From contig JAYZAY010000011.1 of the NCBI GenBank assembly GCA_036339465.1, positions 121,624-185,623 of the forward strand: DNA of 64,000 nt. Direction: 5' to 3'. A program made the position numbers and the translations under genes. Under the pieces are notes generated by a model. It saw only the letters and a list, made by a program, of their open reading frames with translations. It had not been told where the DNA came from and did no database searches. Shown one piece after another: positions 31,993-41,184 of this stretch; position 1 is the stretch's first letter; each line of letters begins with the position of its first letter. This DNA is from Myxococcota bacterium (GTDB taxonomy: Bacteria > Myxococcota > XYA12-FULL-58-9 > JABJBS01).

Positions 31993-32463
31993 CCGCCAGG
32001 GGGTTCGCCCGCCACATGCGAGCATGCTCTGTCCCATATAGGGATTCTCGATTTTATCGGTATTTTGGACCCACTTTGGGTAACCAATGACCATTGGGCA
32101 CTGGTATAAGAATCGGCCTTTTTGGAATTCCGGATGTTTGATGAGTAGGGCAACGATTTCTTTGCTTAGGTCACCGTATAACGACCGTTCTTTTTCGATG
32201 TTGCCTTGGGTGTAATCTACAAGAGCTTTTGCGGTTTGATTAAGTTTTGAGAAACTTTGACTGATTTTATGTAAGTTCTTACCGAGCACCGGGAGCTTAT
32301 GGGGGCGGTCGTTTACCAATTCGAGTCGCATGACCTCGTATATTTTCAGGATTTCTCTGATAACATCCTTTTCTTTTGGGGCGGCCGTAGCCTGGGAAGC
32401 CGTAGCCAGAAATAAAAGTGTTGGGAGAGAGAAAATAGATAAAATTTTGTGCCTGTTTTTCAC
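31987..32463 (-). CDS. DUF3347-like exported metal-binding protein
   Basis: Signal peptide; CPM...W...IENPYMGQSMLACG. Confidence 0.8.
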   Translation of the reverse strand: MKNRHKILSIFSLPTLLFLATASQATAAPKEKDVIREILKIYEVMRLELVNDRPHKLPVLGKNLHKISQSFSKLNQTAKALVDYTQGNIEKERSLYGDLSKEIVALLIKHPEFQKGRFLYQCPMVIGYPKWVQNTDKIENPYMGQSMLACGGRTPWRL

Positions 32464-32556
32464 GGTGTGGGTCCTTTTCTTACTTTAACCTCTTATCGCT
32501 TGAGTGTTGTGCAAGCGAGAGAGTCAGCAAATTTTTCTGGGGGCAATGGCGATCTT

Positions 32557-34701
32557 TTATTCTGGACGTGATTCGTTGAGCCACTTTTTAATGGTGGTCT
32601 CTAACTTATTGAGGGTGACGGGTTTGGTTAGGTAGTCATTCATCCCCGAATTAAGAACGAGTTCTTGGTCACCGGGCATTGCTTTGGCCGTCAGAGCAAC
32701 AATGGGGATCTCCTGAAATTCTGAATCCTGTTCTCGAATTGCCATGGCTGCTTCATAACCATTCATTTCCGGCATCATGCAATCCATAAGAATGAGGGCA
32801 TAGGAATCTTGTTTACATGCCGCAATACATTCTTTTCCGTTCGCGACAATCTCAGGAGAATAATCGAGTTCTTCGAGTATTCCTCGAATGACTTCTTGAT
32901 TCACAGGATTGTCTTCGGCGACGAGTATTTTGGTTTGTGAGGTGGTTTCAGCATTTTCTTGCGTGGTTTTGCTTATTTCTACTTTTTGGGATTGGGGGCT
33001 TGTTTGCTGAATATGAACGCCGCTCTCTGCCAAACTATGTCGAGTGACGAGTTCGGAGTTCGGGGGTTGGATTTCATCGGCCACCAGCGTTTTAAGGCAT
33101 TTGAGAATTTCGTTTTCGCGGATGGGCTTTTGTAGATATGCATTGACCCCGGTATGCTTGCACTGTTGTCCGTGTCCCCGTTGGGGAAAGGCAGTAAGCA
33201 TAATGATGGGTGTGGAGTGATAACACTCAAAACTTCGTAGTTGTCTGATGACTTCGAATCCGTCGAGGCCAGGCATGTACCAATCGATGATTATGAAATC
33301 ATAAAAGATCCCTTCTCTCGCTTGTGTCATGATCTGCTCGATTCCTTCGCGTCCACTCTCAGAGAACGTCATTTTTATTTCGTGGGGGGCGAGGATACCG
33401 TGTAGGGTTTCGTGGATTATTTGGCTATCGTCGATGATATAGAGGCGCTTATTGCGAAGGGCCACTGAGCTTTGAGCCTCCTCAGGTTGATCTTCAGGGG
33501 GGGGCATGAGCTTAATCGTGAACCAAACAGTAGTGCCTTCGCCAAGGATACTACGAACTCCGATTTCACCTCCCATGAGTTGGACGATTTGCTTTGATAT
33601 AGCGAGCCCTAGTCCGGTGCCACCGAATTTTCGATTCGAACTACCATCTGCTTGGTTGAAGCTTCGGAATAGGTCCTTTTGCCCTGCCTCGCTGATGCCG
33701 ATGCCCGTATCCTGAATTTCTCCGTAGAGCGTGATGGAGTCAGTGGTTTCTTCTTGGACCGAAATCCGAATTTCCACTTTACCCTCGCTGGTGAATTTCA
33801 AGGCATTACCAATAAGGTTTGTCAAAATTTGTCGGAGACGACCCGGATCTCCCCGAAGAGTCTGGGGAACACTGGCCTCTATACTTGCTGTTAGCCCAAT
33901 ACCCTTGTGTTTTGCTTGTGGTGAGAGGAGGATTATTAAATCTGAAATTGTGTGTTGAATCTGAAAGTTGACTTCGTGAAGTTCCAATTTCCCTGCTTCG
34001 ATTTTAGAGAAATCGAGAATGTCGTCGATAATCGTAAGTAGCGCCTCGCCTGATCTTTGCACGGTTTGTGCGTAGCGCTTTTGCTTCTCTGAGAGTGATG
34101 TCCGTAAAAGAAGCTGGGTCATTCCGATAACACCGTTCATTGGGGTTCGGATTTCATGACTCATATTGGCTAGGAATTGGCTTTTGAGACGGTTTGCGGC
34201 TCTCGCCTTTTCGTTGGCAAGCTTGAGGCTTTCTTCGATGCGGTTTCTTTCTGCGATCTCATCTGCTAGCACGGTATCGAGTTCACGTGCCTTCCAACTT
34301 GAAGCGGCTGAATATAGAGCGGACTTGATCTCGAAATACGATATTGGTTTGGTGTAATAGGTAAAGTTCTCGCCGAGCACATTGAAGGTAGCATCGAAAG
34401 GGAAGTCCAGCTGATGAGAAATAAAAATGAACTGTATATTTTCAGAGAATTGTCTGAGCTGTGTTGCTAACTCTATGCCACTTAGACCAGGAAGGCCGAT
34501 ACCTAAAAAGCAAATGGATGGGGTATAACCCTTATCCATGTAATCTAAGAGAGCTTCGCCCGAGCGAAAACCTCTTAGGGAAAAATGGAATTCTTGGAGT
34601 ACCATAACATCGTCGTCTATCACCGATTGTATGAATTCTAGGTCCGAAAGACAATCCTCGACGATTGCGATTTCCAGGAACCGTGTGCGTGGCACTTCCA
34701 T
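32557..34701 (-). CDS. Cytoplasmic hybrid histidine kinase (REC-HisKA-HATPase-REC-REC)
   Basis: FLANMSHEIRTPMNG, NLIGNALKFT, DTGIG, GGTGLGL; two intact REC domains and an N-terminal REC lacking the Asp. Confidence 0.93.
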   Translation of the reverse strand: MEVPRTRFLEIAIVEDCLSDLEFIQSVIDDDVMVLQEFHFSLRGFRSGEALLDYMDKGYTPSICFLGIGLPGLSGIELATQLRQFSENIQFIFISHQLDFPFDATFNVLGENFTYYTKPISYFEIKSALYSAASSWKARELDTVLADEIAERNRIEESLKLANEKARAANRLKSQFLANMSHEIRTPMNGVIGMTQLLLRTSLSEKQKRYAQTVQRSGEALLTIIDDILDFSKIEAGKLELHEVNFQIQHTISDLIILLSPQAKHKGIGLTASIEASVPQTLRGDPGRLRQILTNLIGNALKFTSEGKVEIRISVQEETTDSITLYGEIQDTGIGISEAGQKDLFRSFNQADGSSNRKFGGTGLGLAISKQIVQLMGGEIGVRSILGEGTTVWFTIKLMPPPEDQPEEAQSSVALRNKRLYIIDDSQIIHETLHGILAPHEIKMTFSESGREGIEQIMTQAREGIFYDFIIIDWYMPGLDGFEVIRQLRSFECYHSTPIIMLTAFPQRGHGQQCKHTGVNAYLQKPIRENEILKCLKTLVADEIQPPNSELVTRHSLAESGVHIQQTSPQSQKVEISKTTQENAETTSQTKILVAEDNPVNQEVIRGILEELDYSPEIVANGKECIAACKQDSYALILMDCMMPEMNGYEAAMAIREQDSEFQEIPIVALTAKAMPGDQELVLNSGMNDYLTKPVTLNKLETTIKKWLNESRPE

Positions 34702-34745
34702 GGTTAGATTCTATGGCGTGAGGTTTGGTTGGTGCAACCTCTTTT
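34702..34745 (-). promoter_or_regulatory. Sigma70-like promoter, probably leaderless
   Basis: AAAAGAGG-TTGCAC-N18-TAGAAT-N6-ATG; no Shine-Dalgarno. Confidence 0.6.
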
Positions 34746-34920
34746 GGATCCTTTCGGATCTGCTCAATGTTCACGCCGGCGCCTTAATCCCCGCCCTTGG
34801 ATTGTGGTTACTGCTTTTTGTGCAACGATTCGAATCTGAGCTCCGACTAAGGGTAACGAACAACCACCAGGCGCTCTAGAGGTTTGCCAAACAAGCGAGA
34901 AATGTATGCCATCCCTGTTA

Positions 34921-35043
34921 TCACAACCCGATCCCATCATCGAAAGTTTGTAATTGGTGTACCACTGAGTTTATGGTTTCCAGCTCTTCCTGAGAATCAT
35001 CAACCACGGCGAGATTTAGTAAACGAACGTCCGACTCTTGCAT
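34921..35043 (-). pseudogene. 40-aa truncated receiver-domain stub, paralogous to the N-terminus of the neighbouring kinase
   Basis: MQESDVRLLNLAVVDDSQEELETINSVV aligns with MEVPRTRFLEIAIVEDCLSDLEFIQSVI. Confidence 0.65.
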
Positions 35044-35087
35044 CTGTAAATTCTATGTTGCGCTGGGTGAGTGATGCAACCTCTTTT
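35044..35087 (-). promoter_or_regulatory. Second copy of the sigma70-like leaderless promoter
   Basis: AAAAGAGG-TTGCAT-N18-TAGAAT-N6-ATG, same spacing as 34702-34745. Confidence 0.6.
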
Positions 35088-35453
35088 GTGGAGCGGTGAC
35101 GGGGTGAAGGAGAGAGGCCTCCCACCAAAGCCCATGGTCTATCTCCTCGTCATTGCGCATCTTGGTGGAAAGAGCGGTGAGTTGCATGGTGTTGGCGCCG
35201 TTTTGCTAGCTCAGGCCAAGTGGCTCTTATAAAACAAGGGGTAGGTGGCTATCCGCCCCCATCGTTTCATGTTAGTTCCGGGCCGGTGTATGGCATATCC
35301 AAGTCCGTTGTGGAGGGAATAGAATGGTTTGGTCAAGTATTTAGATTTGATTCGTGCTTCTGTTATCGGCTCTATTACCTAAGGATAGGTTTTGTGGGAT
35401 TTAGGGCGTTTATGATTGATGCTAAAAGTCATCATCATGTCTGAGAGGTTAGT

Positions 35454-35792
35454 TTGTATTTTCACCAGTGGCTCAAGCGAGCCAGGGATTTAAATCGAGC
35501 TCTGGGTATCGAGGCCAGGGAAACCAAAGAGCTTGCCCGATTGGTCAGGAGAAAGTTAAAGGGTCACCGATTAGAGCCAGAGGAACTTCAATTGGTGAAT
35601 GAGCAATTAAAGGACTTGGTAAAAATGGTACCACTAACACTGCTCCTGGCGTTGCCTGGCGGCGCATTGCTCTTTTTGTGGTTCGAAAAAATATTTCCGG
35701 TGAGTATGCTCCCTTCGGCGCTTCGCGGCTTGGTCAGGGAGGGAGGTCGATTGAATGACTCGAAGGATGCGCCTTCTTTTGGAAGAGATTGA
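35454..35792 (+). CDS. Small LETM1-like domain protein
   Basis: QLKDLVKMVP.....LPGG......MLPSA resembles the LETM1 core; TTG start is uncertain. Confidence 0.6.
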   Translation: MYFHQWLKRARDLNRALGIEARETKELARLVRRKLKGHRLEPEELQLVNEQLKDLVKMVPLTLLLALPGGALLFLWFEKIFPVSMLPSALRGLVREGGRLNDSKDAPSFGRD

Positions 35793-36075
35793 AAAGGGAA
35801 AATTGCGCCTTTTGTCGGAAGATCTCGTGAATGGCTTACCAGGACGACAGAATCTATATTTGAACCGAAAGCATTTGATTTGGGTCGTGAATCGAAAGTC
35901 CAGATTTTTGCGAAAGGATGCAGACCGCTTTTTGGAGTGGCAGGCAAAGCTTAGTCATTCGCTCAATTGTGAATTAAAGGGGACTGTTTTAGTTTGTCAT
36001 GCGCCCATCTGCTCTAAAGCGCGCGCCCATTTTGAGAATTGCGGAGGAGAAATCCTTGGCCCCCAAGAGCTTTGA
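35755..36075 (+). CDS. Hypothetical protein
   Basis: 106 aa ORF overlapping the previous gene; KSRFLRKDA and APICSKA motifs. Confidence 0.55.
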   Translation: MTRRMRLLLEEIEKGKLRLLSEDLVNGLPGRQNLYLNRKHLIWVVNRKSRFLRKDADRFLEWQAKLSHSLNCELKGTVLVCHAPICSKARAHFENCGGEILGPQEL

Positions 36076-36117
36076 AAGAGAGTCCCGGGTGACTCCTTGT
36101 TTAAGACTGGCTTATCG

Positions 36118-36954
36118 TTATTTTTGAACTTTTGGCACCCAAGCGGTTGTGCGGCCACCAATGGTCACAAACTCTATTGCGTCTCCTGAATGAGTTTTGG
36201 CGTTTTTTTCTTTCTTCCAGCGGTGGTGAAAGATCCACGTGTTTGGGAAAAGACGTTTGTCTGCATTTACCTCGACGGCTTTGTGGACCACCAAGTTCAG
36301 TGAGTGATGAAGTTCTTCGATTTCCTTTGAGGTCAATGTTGCTCCATTTCGCAGAGGATCTAATTTTGCTTGGTAGAGAACTTCATCGGCGATCCAATTC
36401 CCAACCCCAGCGGCGAATGTTTGATTCAGTAATAAGCTCTTTAATTTGCCTCTTTTTCTCTTCAGGAGCTGTGTGAATATAGTCAATGAGGGCATTGCTT
36501 CTAGTGGGTCGAAGCCAAGTTTCGCAATCACATCATGTTTTTCGGGGGTGCCAGCCAAGAATATCCTGCCCAAACGTCTTTTATTAACCATGGCCAATTG
36601 GGCCCCGTTACTCAGACGAATGTAAAACTTGGTGTATTTCGGAGGCCATGGATTTTCGCCTTTTGTGGGGCTACTTTCCAACTGGATACTCGGCTCGTCG
36701 GGGGAAAAAAATCCGCCAGTCATGCCAAAATGAAAAATTGGGTGGGGCGGTTCTTCTAAAATCATCCACATATATTTGCCTTTTCGACCCGTATTAAGAA
36801 TTGTCTTTCCCCGTAGGTGATTTTCGAGTTCTTGATGGCATTTTTCAGAGAAGACGATATCGTCTTGTTCACATTGAACCTCGGTGGCGATTTGTCCCAC
36901 GGCTTGTCGGTGAACCAGTTGTCGACTTGCTTCGACTTCCGGTAGTTCAGGCAT
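36118..36954 (-). CDS. Fpg/Nei family DNA glycosylase without a C-terminal zinc finger
   Basis: MPELPEVE, RKGKY, HFGMTG, LLNQ..AGVGNWIADEVL, GGRTT; no CxxC pairs. Confidence 0.92.
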   Translation of the reverse strand: MPELPEVEASRQLVHRQAVGQIATEVQCEQDDIVFSEKCHQELENHLRGKTILNTGRKGKYMWMILEEPPHPIFHFGMTGGFFSPDEPSIQLESSPTKGENPWPPKYTKFYIRLSNGAQLAMVNKRRLGRIFLAGTPEKHDVIAKLGFDPLEAMPSLTIFTQLLKRKRGKLKSLLLNQTFAAGVGNWIADEVLYQAKLDPLRNGATLTSKEIEELHHSLNLVVHKAVEVNADKRLFPNTWIFHHRWKKEKNAKTHSGDAIEFVTIGGRTTAWVPKVQK

Positions 36955-36991
36955 TTCTTTTTTCCTCTGCTAAGCCCAGGTTTGGCGATGA

Positions 36992-37684
36992 CTAAGATAA
37001 AAAGGACAGGACGGTTTGGAATACGGGGCTGATGAGATAATCCAAGCAATACCATGCTGCCAATAAACCGAGGATTCTTGCGGTAGGTTTACGAGCTTTT
37101 TCTTGAAAGTGGCTGTAAGTTTTCTTGGGGAGTATGAGGCCTAAGGCTCCGCTTCCGTCCAATGGAGGGATGGGGATGAGATTGAAGACAGCCAAAATAA
37201 GATTTAGGCTCAAAGTAATACTTATTATTCTGACCAACCCCGAGTCGGCAGGATTTAACGAATAGAAAAGAGATTCGAAATTGAGCTGCGCCGATATTTG
37301 CCAAATTCCGGATGAGACCTTCGGATAAGCGTAGCCGAAGGCGGCGCCGGCGAGTGTTAGATTGGCTGCGGGCCCGGCAAGCGACATGAACGCGGCTCTT
37401 CTAGGGAATGCTTTCGCCCAATTTGGGCTGTAGGGGGTGCTGCCCCAGCCAATAACCCAGCCTTGTAACATGACGCTAAGGACTGGGATCACAAGCATGC
37501 CGGCAGGTTCTCGCTTAATGAACGGGATTGGGTTCATGCTAACCTGTTTTTCTAAGAAAGCGGTTCGGTCGCCACCCCATAGAGCCACAAGTCCGTGGGC
37601 GGCTTCGTGTAAGACGGTTGAGAGCAAGAAGATCCCATACCAGAGTAGGGCCGAGGTAATCTCAGAGGTCATGAACAACCCCAA
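36992..37684 (-). CDS. Site-2 protease (M50) family protein
   Basis: HEAAH, AGPAAN, FNLIPIPPLDG. Confidence 0.93.
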   Translation of the reverse strand: MGLFMTSEITSALLWYGIFLLSTVLHEAAHGLVALWGGDRTAFLEKQVSMNPIPFIKREPAGMLVIPVLSVMLQGWVIGWGSTPYSPNWAKAFPRRAAFMSLAGPAANLTLAGAAFGYAYPKVSSGIWQISAQLNFESLFYSLNPADSGLVRIISITLSLNLILAVFNLIPIPPLDGSGALGLILPKKTYSHFQEKARKPTARILGLLAAWYCLDYLISPVFQTVLSFLS

Positions 37685-37769
37685 TAATAGAAAAATGTCA
37701 GCTTGACTAGGGTATTCACTGGAGTTTGGGTTTACCTGCTCAGGGTTTCAAGGATAGGGGGAGCAGCAG

Positions 37770-39275
37770 ATGAGAGAGCTTTTTCGACAACATGCCGTTC
37801 CATGGTTAAATGAAGAGATGGCTGAACATCGAGCCACGCCGTTCCTTGGTGTTTTTGTGGCTTTATTGTTTTTTTGGGGTTTGGCTATTGTTCCTGTCTG
37901 GATAGAGGCAGCGCAATATTGCCATTCTCACTACGATCTTGGAATTTATACCCAAGCGGTGTCTCTTCTGGATTGGGACAATCTTAATCCATGGTTGACT
38001 GGGCGACAGGTCTTTATTGTTAACGACCATTTTGATCCGATCCTGATTGTAGCAGCACCACTCAAATTGCTCCTGTCTCCCTATAAAGCCGTTCTTGTGG
38101 CCGAAGCCCTGATTGTGAGTTCTGTGGTTTTACCGGTTCTTTGGCTTTGGAAACTTCAATTGCTTCAGGCTCATGGGGCAGTTCTTCTGGCCTCCACACT
38201 TTTACTTAATTCTAGTTTAATTACCGCGGTACGATTTCCTGTCCATCCCACGACCTGGGCTGTGACGCCCATGGCTTGGATGTTGGCAGCGGTCATTGCC
38301 AAACGGCCTTGGCATGTTTTTTGGGCTTTTAACGTTCTGTGTGCTTGTAAGGAGGAATTTCCTTTTCTGGGTATTATGCTTGGTTTGGCCCTTTGGGTGA
38401 TGGGGAAGGAAAACCGAAAATTGGGCACAACCATCTTTTTTGTCGCCGTGAGTTGGGGGCTTTTTGATTTTGTGTTTCGGCCCATGCTCTTTGGGGCAAT
38501 CACGTCGTATTCCACCGAAAGTTCGACCAAGGGACAGGTGTCACTTGATTTGACTTTTCTACTTGATTCCCCCACTGAATACTTGTTGACTCGATTTACG
38601 AAAGAGGGAATGTATTCGCGATTGCTCTCGATGCTCTCTTTAACCGTTCCTCTTCTCGTATGGAGTTATCGGCGCTCTGGTTTTTCGAAGTTGATTTTTC
38701 CTCTTTTTTTAATCCTTCTTCCCATGTTGGGGATTCGGTTCTTGGGGATGAGCTGGCGCCATCAATACGGTGCTCCCTTGATGGCTGCAATACTATTTCT
38801 TCTTTGTCCTCTTTTGATACGAACGAAAATCCCGAGGTGGGTATTTCTAACCACGTGTTTGATTCTGGTGGGCACCAATGAAAGGCATCTTCGGTTTGGT
38901 GCATCTGTGTTACGGCCAGGTGACCATGGGAGTCCCCGTATTTGTCCTAACGAAGCAGGAAGGTTAGAAAGCATCGAGAGAGCATTTGATATCTTGAAAG
39001 CCGATAGCGACCGGAAAATCCTGGTCGAAGGCAGTTTTCTCGCTTATTTGATGCCTTGGGAGAAGATCTATTCCATGGGTGGTCCCCAATCACCCGATGG
39101 GCATGTTTATGATTATGTTCTGAGCGAGAAGGGATTCCGTGGAACTCCTTTTCCCGCTTCTTATGAACGGATGAATGAGTTGATTGGGCTTTGGCGGAAT
39201 CAAGAAGGTGCGGAGATAATTATTGATAATGATTATCTTTTTTTTGCTCGTGGTAACTTTACTCGTGCCCACTAG
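37770..39275 (+). CDS. DUF2079 family membrane protein (GT-C-like)
   Basis: YDLGIYTQ, DHFDPIL, HP, CKEE, HQY; many TM segments. Confidence 0.78.
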   Translation: MRELFRQHAVPWLNEEMAEHRATPFLGVFVALLFFWGLAIVPVWIEAAQYCHSHYDLGIYTQAVSLLDWDNLNPWLTGRQVFIVNDHFDPILIVAAPLKLLLSPYKAVLVAEALIVSSVVLPVLWLWKLQLLQAHGAVLLASTLLLNSSLITAVRFPVHPTTWAVTPMAWMLAAVIAKRPWHVFWAFNVLCACKEEFPFLGIMLGLALWVMGKENRKLGTTIFFVAVSWGLFDFVFRPMLFGAITSYSTESSTKGQVSLDLTFLLDSPTEYLLTRFTKEGMYSRLLSMLSLTVPLLVWSYRRSGFSKLIFPLFLILLPMLGIRFLGMSWRHQYGAPLMAAILFLLCPLLIRTKIPRWVFLTTCLILVGTNERHLRFGASVLRPGDHGSPRICPNEAGRLESIERAFDILKADSDRKILVEGSFLAYLMPWEKIYSMGGPQSPDGHVYDYVLSEKGFRGTPFPASYERMNELIGLWRNQEGAEIIIDNDYLFFARGNFTRAH

Positions 39276-39311
39276 GAAGTATGGAGTTTTTACCGGTGGT
39301 CAGCAGGGGTT

Positions 39312-40103
39312 CTAGGGTGTTGTTGATTCGGCGGTTACCACGGCCACGTGGTTGGTGGATTTTAGCCGAGCATTTCCATCTGGAGCTTTTTCTAAGCCAC
39401 AGTAACTGGCGATCTCATCTCGGTAAGTTTTCCATAGAACGCAGGTTTTGTTCATGGCTTGAATGACTTTGTCATATTTTTCGGGGGAAATGTGGTTCAG
39501 TAGGATCCGCCAGGCAGCAGCGCGGTGCTCCCCTTCAACCTGTCGATGCGCCTTGGTTAAAGCTAAGCTTTCTAGTCCCAGTCCATAATATTTGACCAAT
39601 GGATGCTCCTCAAGCGGGGGAGAGGGTTTTTTTGGGGAGTGAGGATCGAGTTCGCCCCGCTCATATTGGGTGCCCTCGATGAACAGTGTCGATACAGCGG
39701 CGGCTACTTCCCATCCTAAAGAGTGCGTACTTTCATCAAGCCAATCGCGGTAGACTTTTGCTTTGGGCCGAAGCTCTATCTGCGAAAAACGTCCAAGTTC
39801 GAAACCAAGCCCCTTGGGGTATTCTAGAAAAAGTTCCGGATGTGGCTTGCCCGCCACGAGGTTTCCCGTTTCTTCTTCATAGAGATTTTCGGCCAATTCT
39901 CGTCGAACTTCAGGAATGGGACATTGGACGAATGCGCGACCAATAAGGATTGGAAAGTCGCGAATATAGACTTCGTATTCTTGTTCAAAGTGGTGGTGCA
40001 AACGTTCTTTTGGTACCAGTCCGTTTCCAAAGGATTCCCAAGCCCAGTGGGTTTTTGATTCCATTATTTGGAGAAGACTTTCTTTGAATTCGTCAAGGGT
40101 CAT
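39312..40103 (-). CDS. Heme-oxygenase-like diiron enzyme (CADD/PqqC/TenA superfamily)
   Basis: ENLYEEE...HPELF, IE, HRQVEGEH metal-ligand pattern. Confidence 0.8.
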   Translation of the reverse strand: MTLDEFKESLLQIMESKTHWAWESFGNGLVPKERLHHHFEQEYEVYIRDFPILIGRAFVQCPIPEVRRELAENLYEEETGNLVAGKPHPELFLEYPKGLGFELGRFSQIELRPKAKVYRDWLDESTHSLGWEVAAAVSTLFIEGTQYERGELDPHSPKKPSPPLEEHPLVKYYGLGLESLALTKAHRQVEGEHRAAAWRILLNHISPEKYDKVIQAMNKTCVLWKTYRDEIASYCGLEKAPDGNARLKSTNHVAVVTAESTTP

Positions 40104-40127
40104 ATGCTGAACTCCGTTGGGTGGAGT

Positions 40128-41165
40128 TTATCGCGACTCTATAGGTTGAGAGAAGTGGGCGGGTGGAGTAATTGTTTCGAATTCGCCAAGAATATCTTGA
40201 GGGAATTTGTAGAATTCTCTCATTTCCGTAAATCGAGTAAGCATGCCTTCAATTCGGGCTCCCATGAGAGCGGCTTCATATAGGTTGTAGAGCTCTTCGT
40301 GGGATTTGAGGCGGAGGTCGAGTTTACCGAAAATCCTGGGTTCCAACCGATCAATTCGCTGGTGGATTTGTTTTTTGTGCTTGATGATTTTAATCAAATC
40401 TCGAAAATTGTCATAGAGTTCGCCTCGCTTGAATTGTGATGACAAATATCTCTTTTCAAAATCGAGGGTTGATGTTCCAACTTTTTGTTCTCGACTGTAA
40501 TATTGCTCGAAGGTGATGGGGTGATCATGCCAGACTAGGGCGTCAGGAATGTAGTGGCAATGGATACCATTTCTAGAGAGCCAGACGCTCAAGTCGTAAT
40601 CTTGATAGCCATATGGAAAAACTTTATCGAAGCCACCAACCTCTAGAAAAGAGCGTTTTGGAACGATGAAATTTGTGGAGTAGAGATAACCGGGTTTGTC
40701 GACCATGCCAGCTTGATCGGGATAATTGAATTGTCGACCGGACAGTTCTAAATATTGAACAAATGTCGAGCTTTTAAGGTCCTGGGTATAGGGGCTTGGT
40801 CCTAGGGTGACGATGGGGTTCTTATTTTCGAGGTGATACTGCAGGTGTAGGAGAAGGGAGTTTGGTTCGGGTAGAATATCGGCGCATGAAAACCAAAGAA
40901 ATTCTCCTTGGGCGTGTTGGGCCCCTATGTTGGTTGCTTCGGTTTGGCCGACATGGGGTGTTTGAATGATTTGGAGTTTGGGATGTTCTTTCAAATGTCT
41001 CGGTAGTCTTTCTAAGAGGGGTGGAGCCGAGCCATCGTCTATGAGGACTAAGTCCAAGGAATGGGCGCCGGTTTCTACGGCGAGGAAGGCAGAGAGGCAG
41101 GGGCCAATGGTTCGCTGATTTTGATAGTAGGGGATAATCACTGACACGTTTTTTGGAGTTGCCAT
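40128..41165 (-). CDS. Family 2 glycosyltransferase
   Basis: VSVIIP, IDDGS, GGFDKVF..YQDYDL. Confidence 0.88.
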   Translation of the reverse strand: MATPKNVSVIIPYYQNQRTIGPCLSAFLAVETGAHSLDLVLIDDGSAPPLLERLPRHLKEHPKLQIIQTPHVGQTEATNIGAQHAQGEFLWFSCADILPEPNSLLLHLQYHLENKNPIVTLGPSPYTQDLKSSTFVQYLELSGRQFNYPDQAGMVDKPGYLYSTNFIVPKRSFLEVGGFDKVFPYGYQDYDLSVWLSRNGIHCHYIPDALVWHDHPITFEQYYSREQKVGTSTLDFEKRYLSSQFKRGELYDNFRDLIKIIKHKKQIHQRIDRLEPRIFGKLDLRLKSHEELYNLYEAALMGARIEGMLTRFTEMREFYKFPQDILGEFETITPPAHFSQPIESR

Positions 41166-41184
41166 GGGCGTGTTATCGACGAAA

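Noticed and set aside
35088..35453. Possible riboswitch or ncRNA in the long intergenic region
   Set aside because: No cobalamin, TPP, SAM or c-di-GMP consensus elements recognised on either strand
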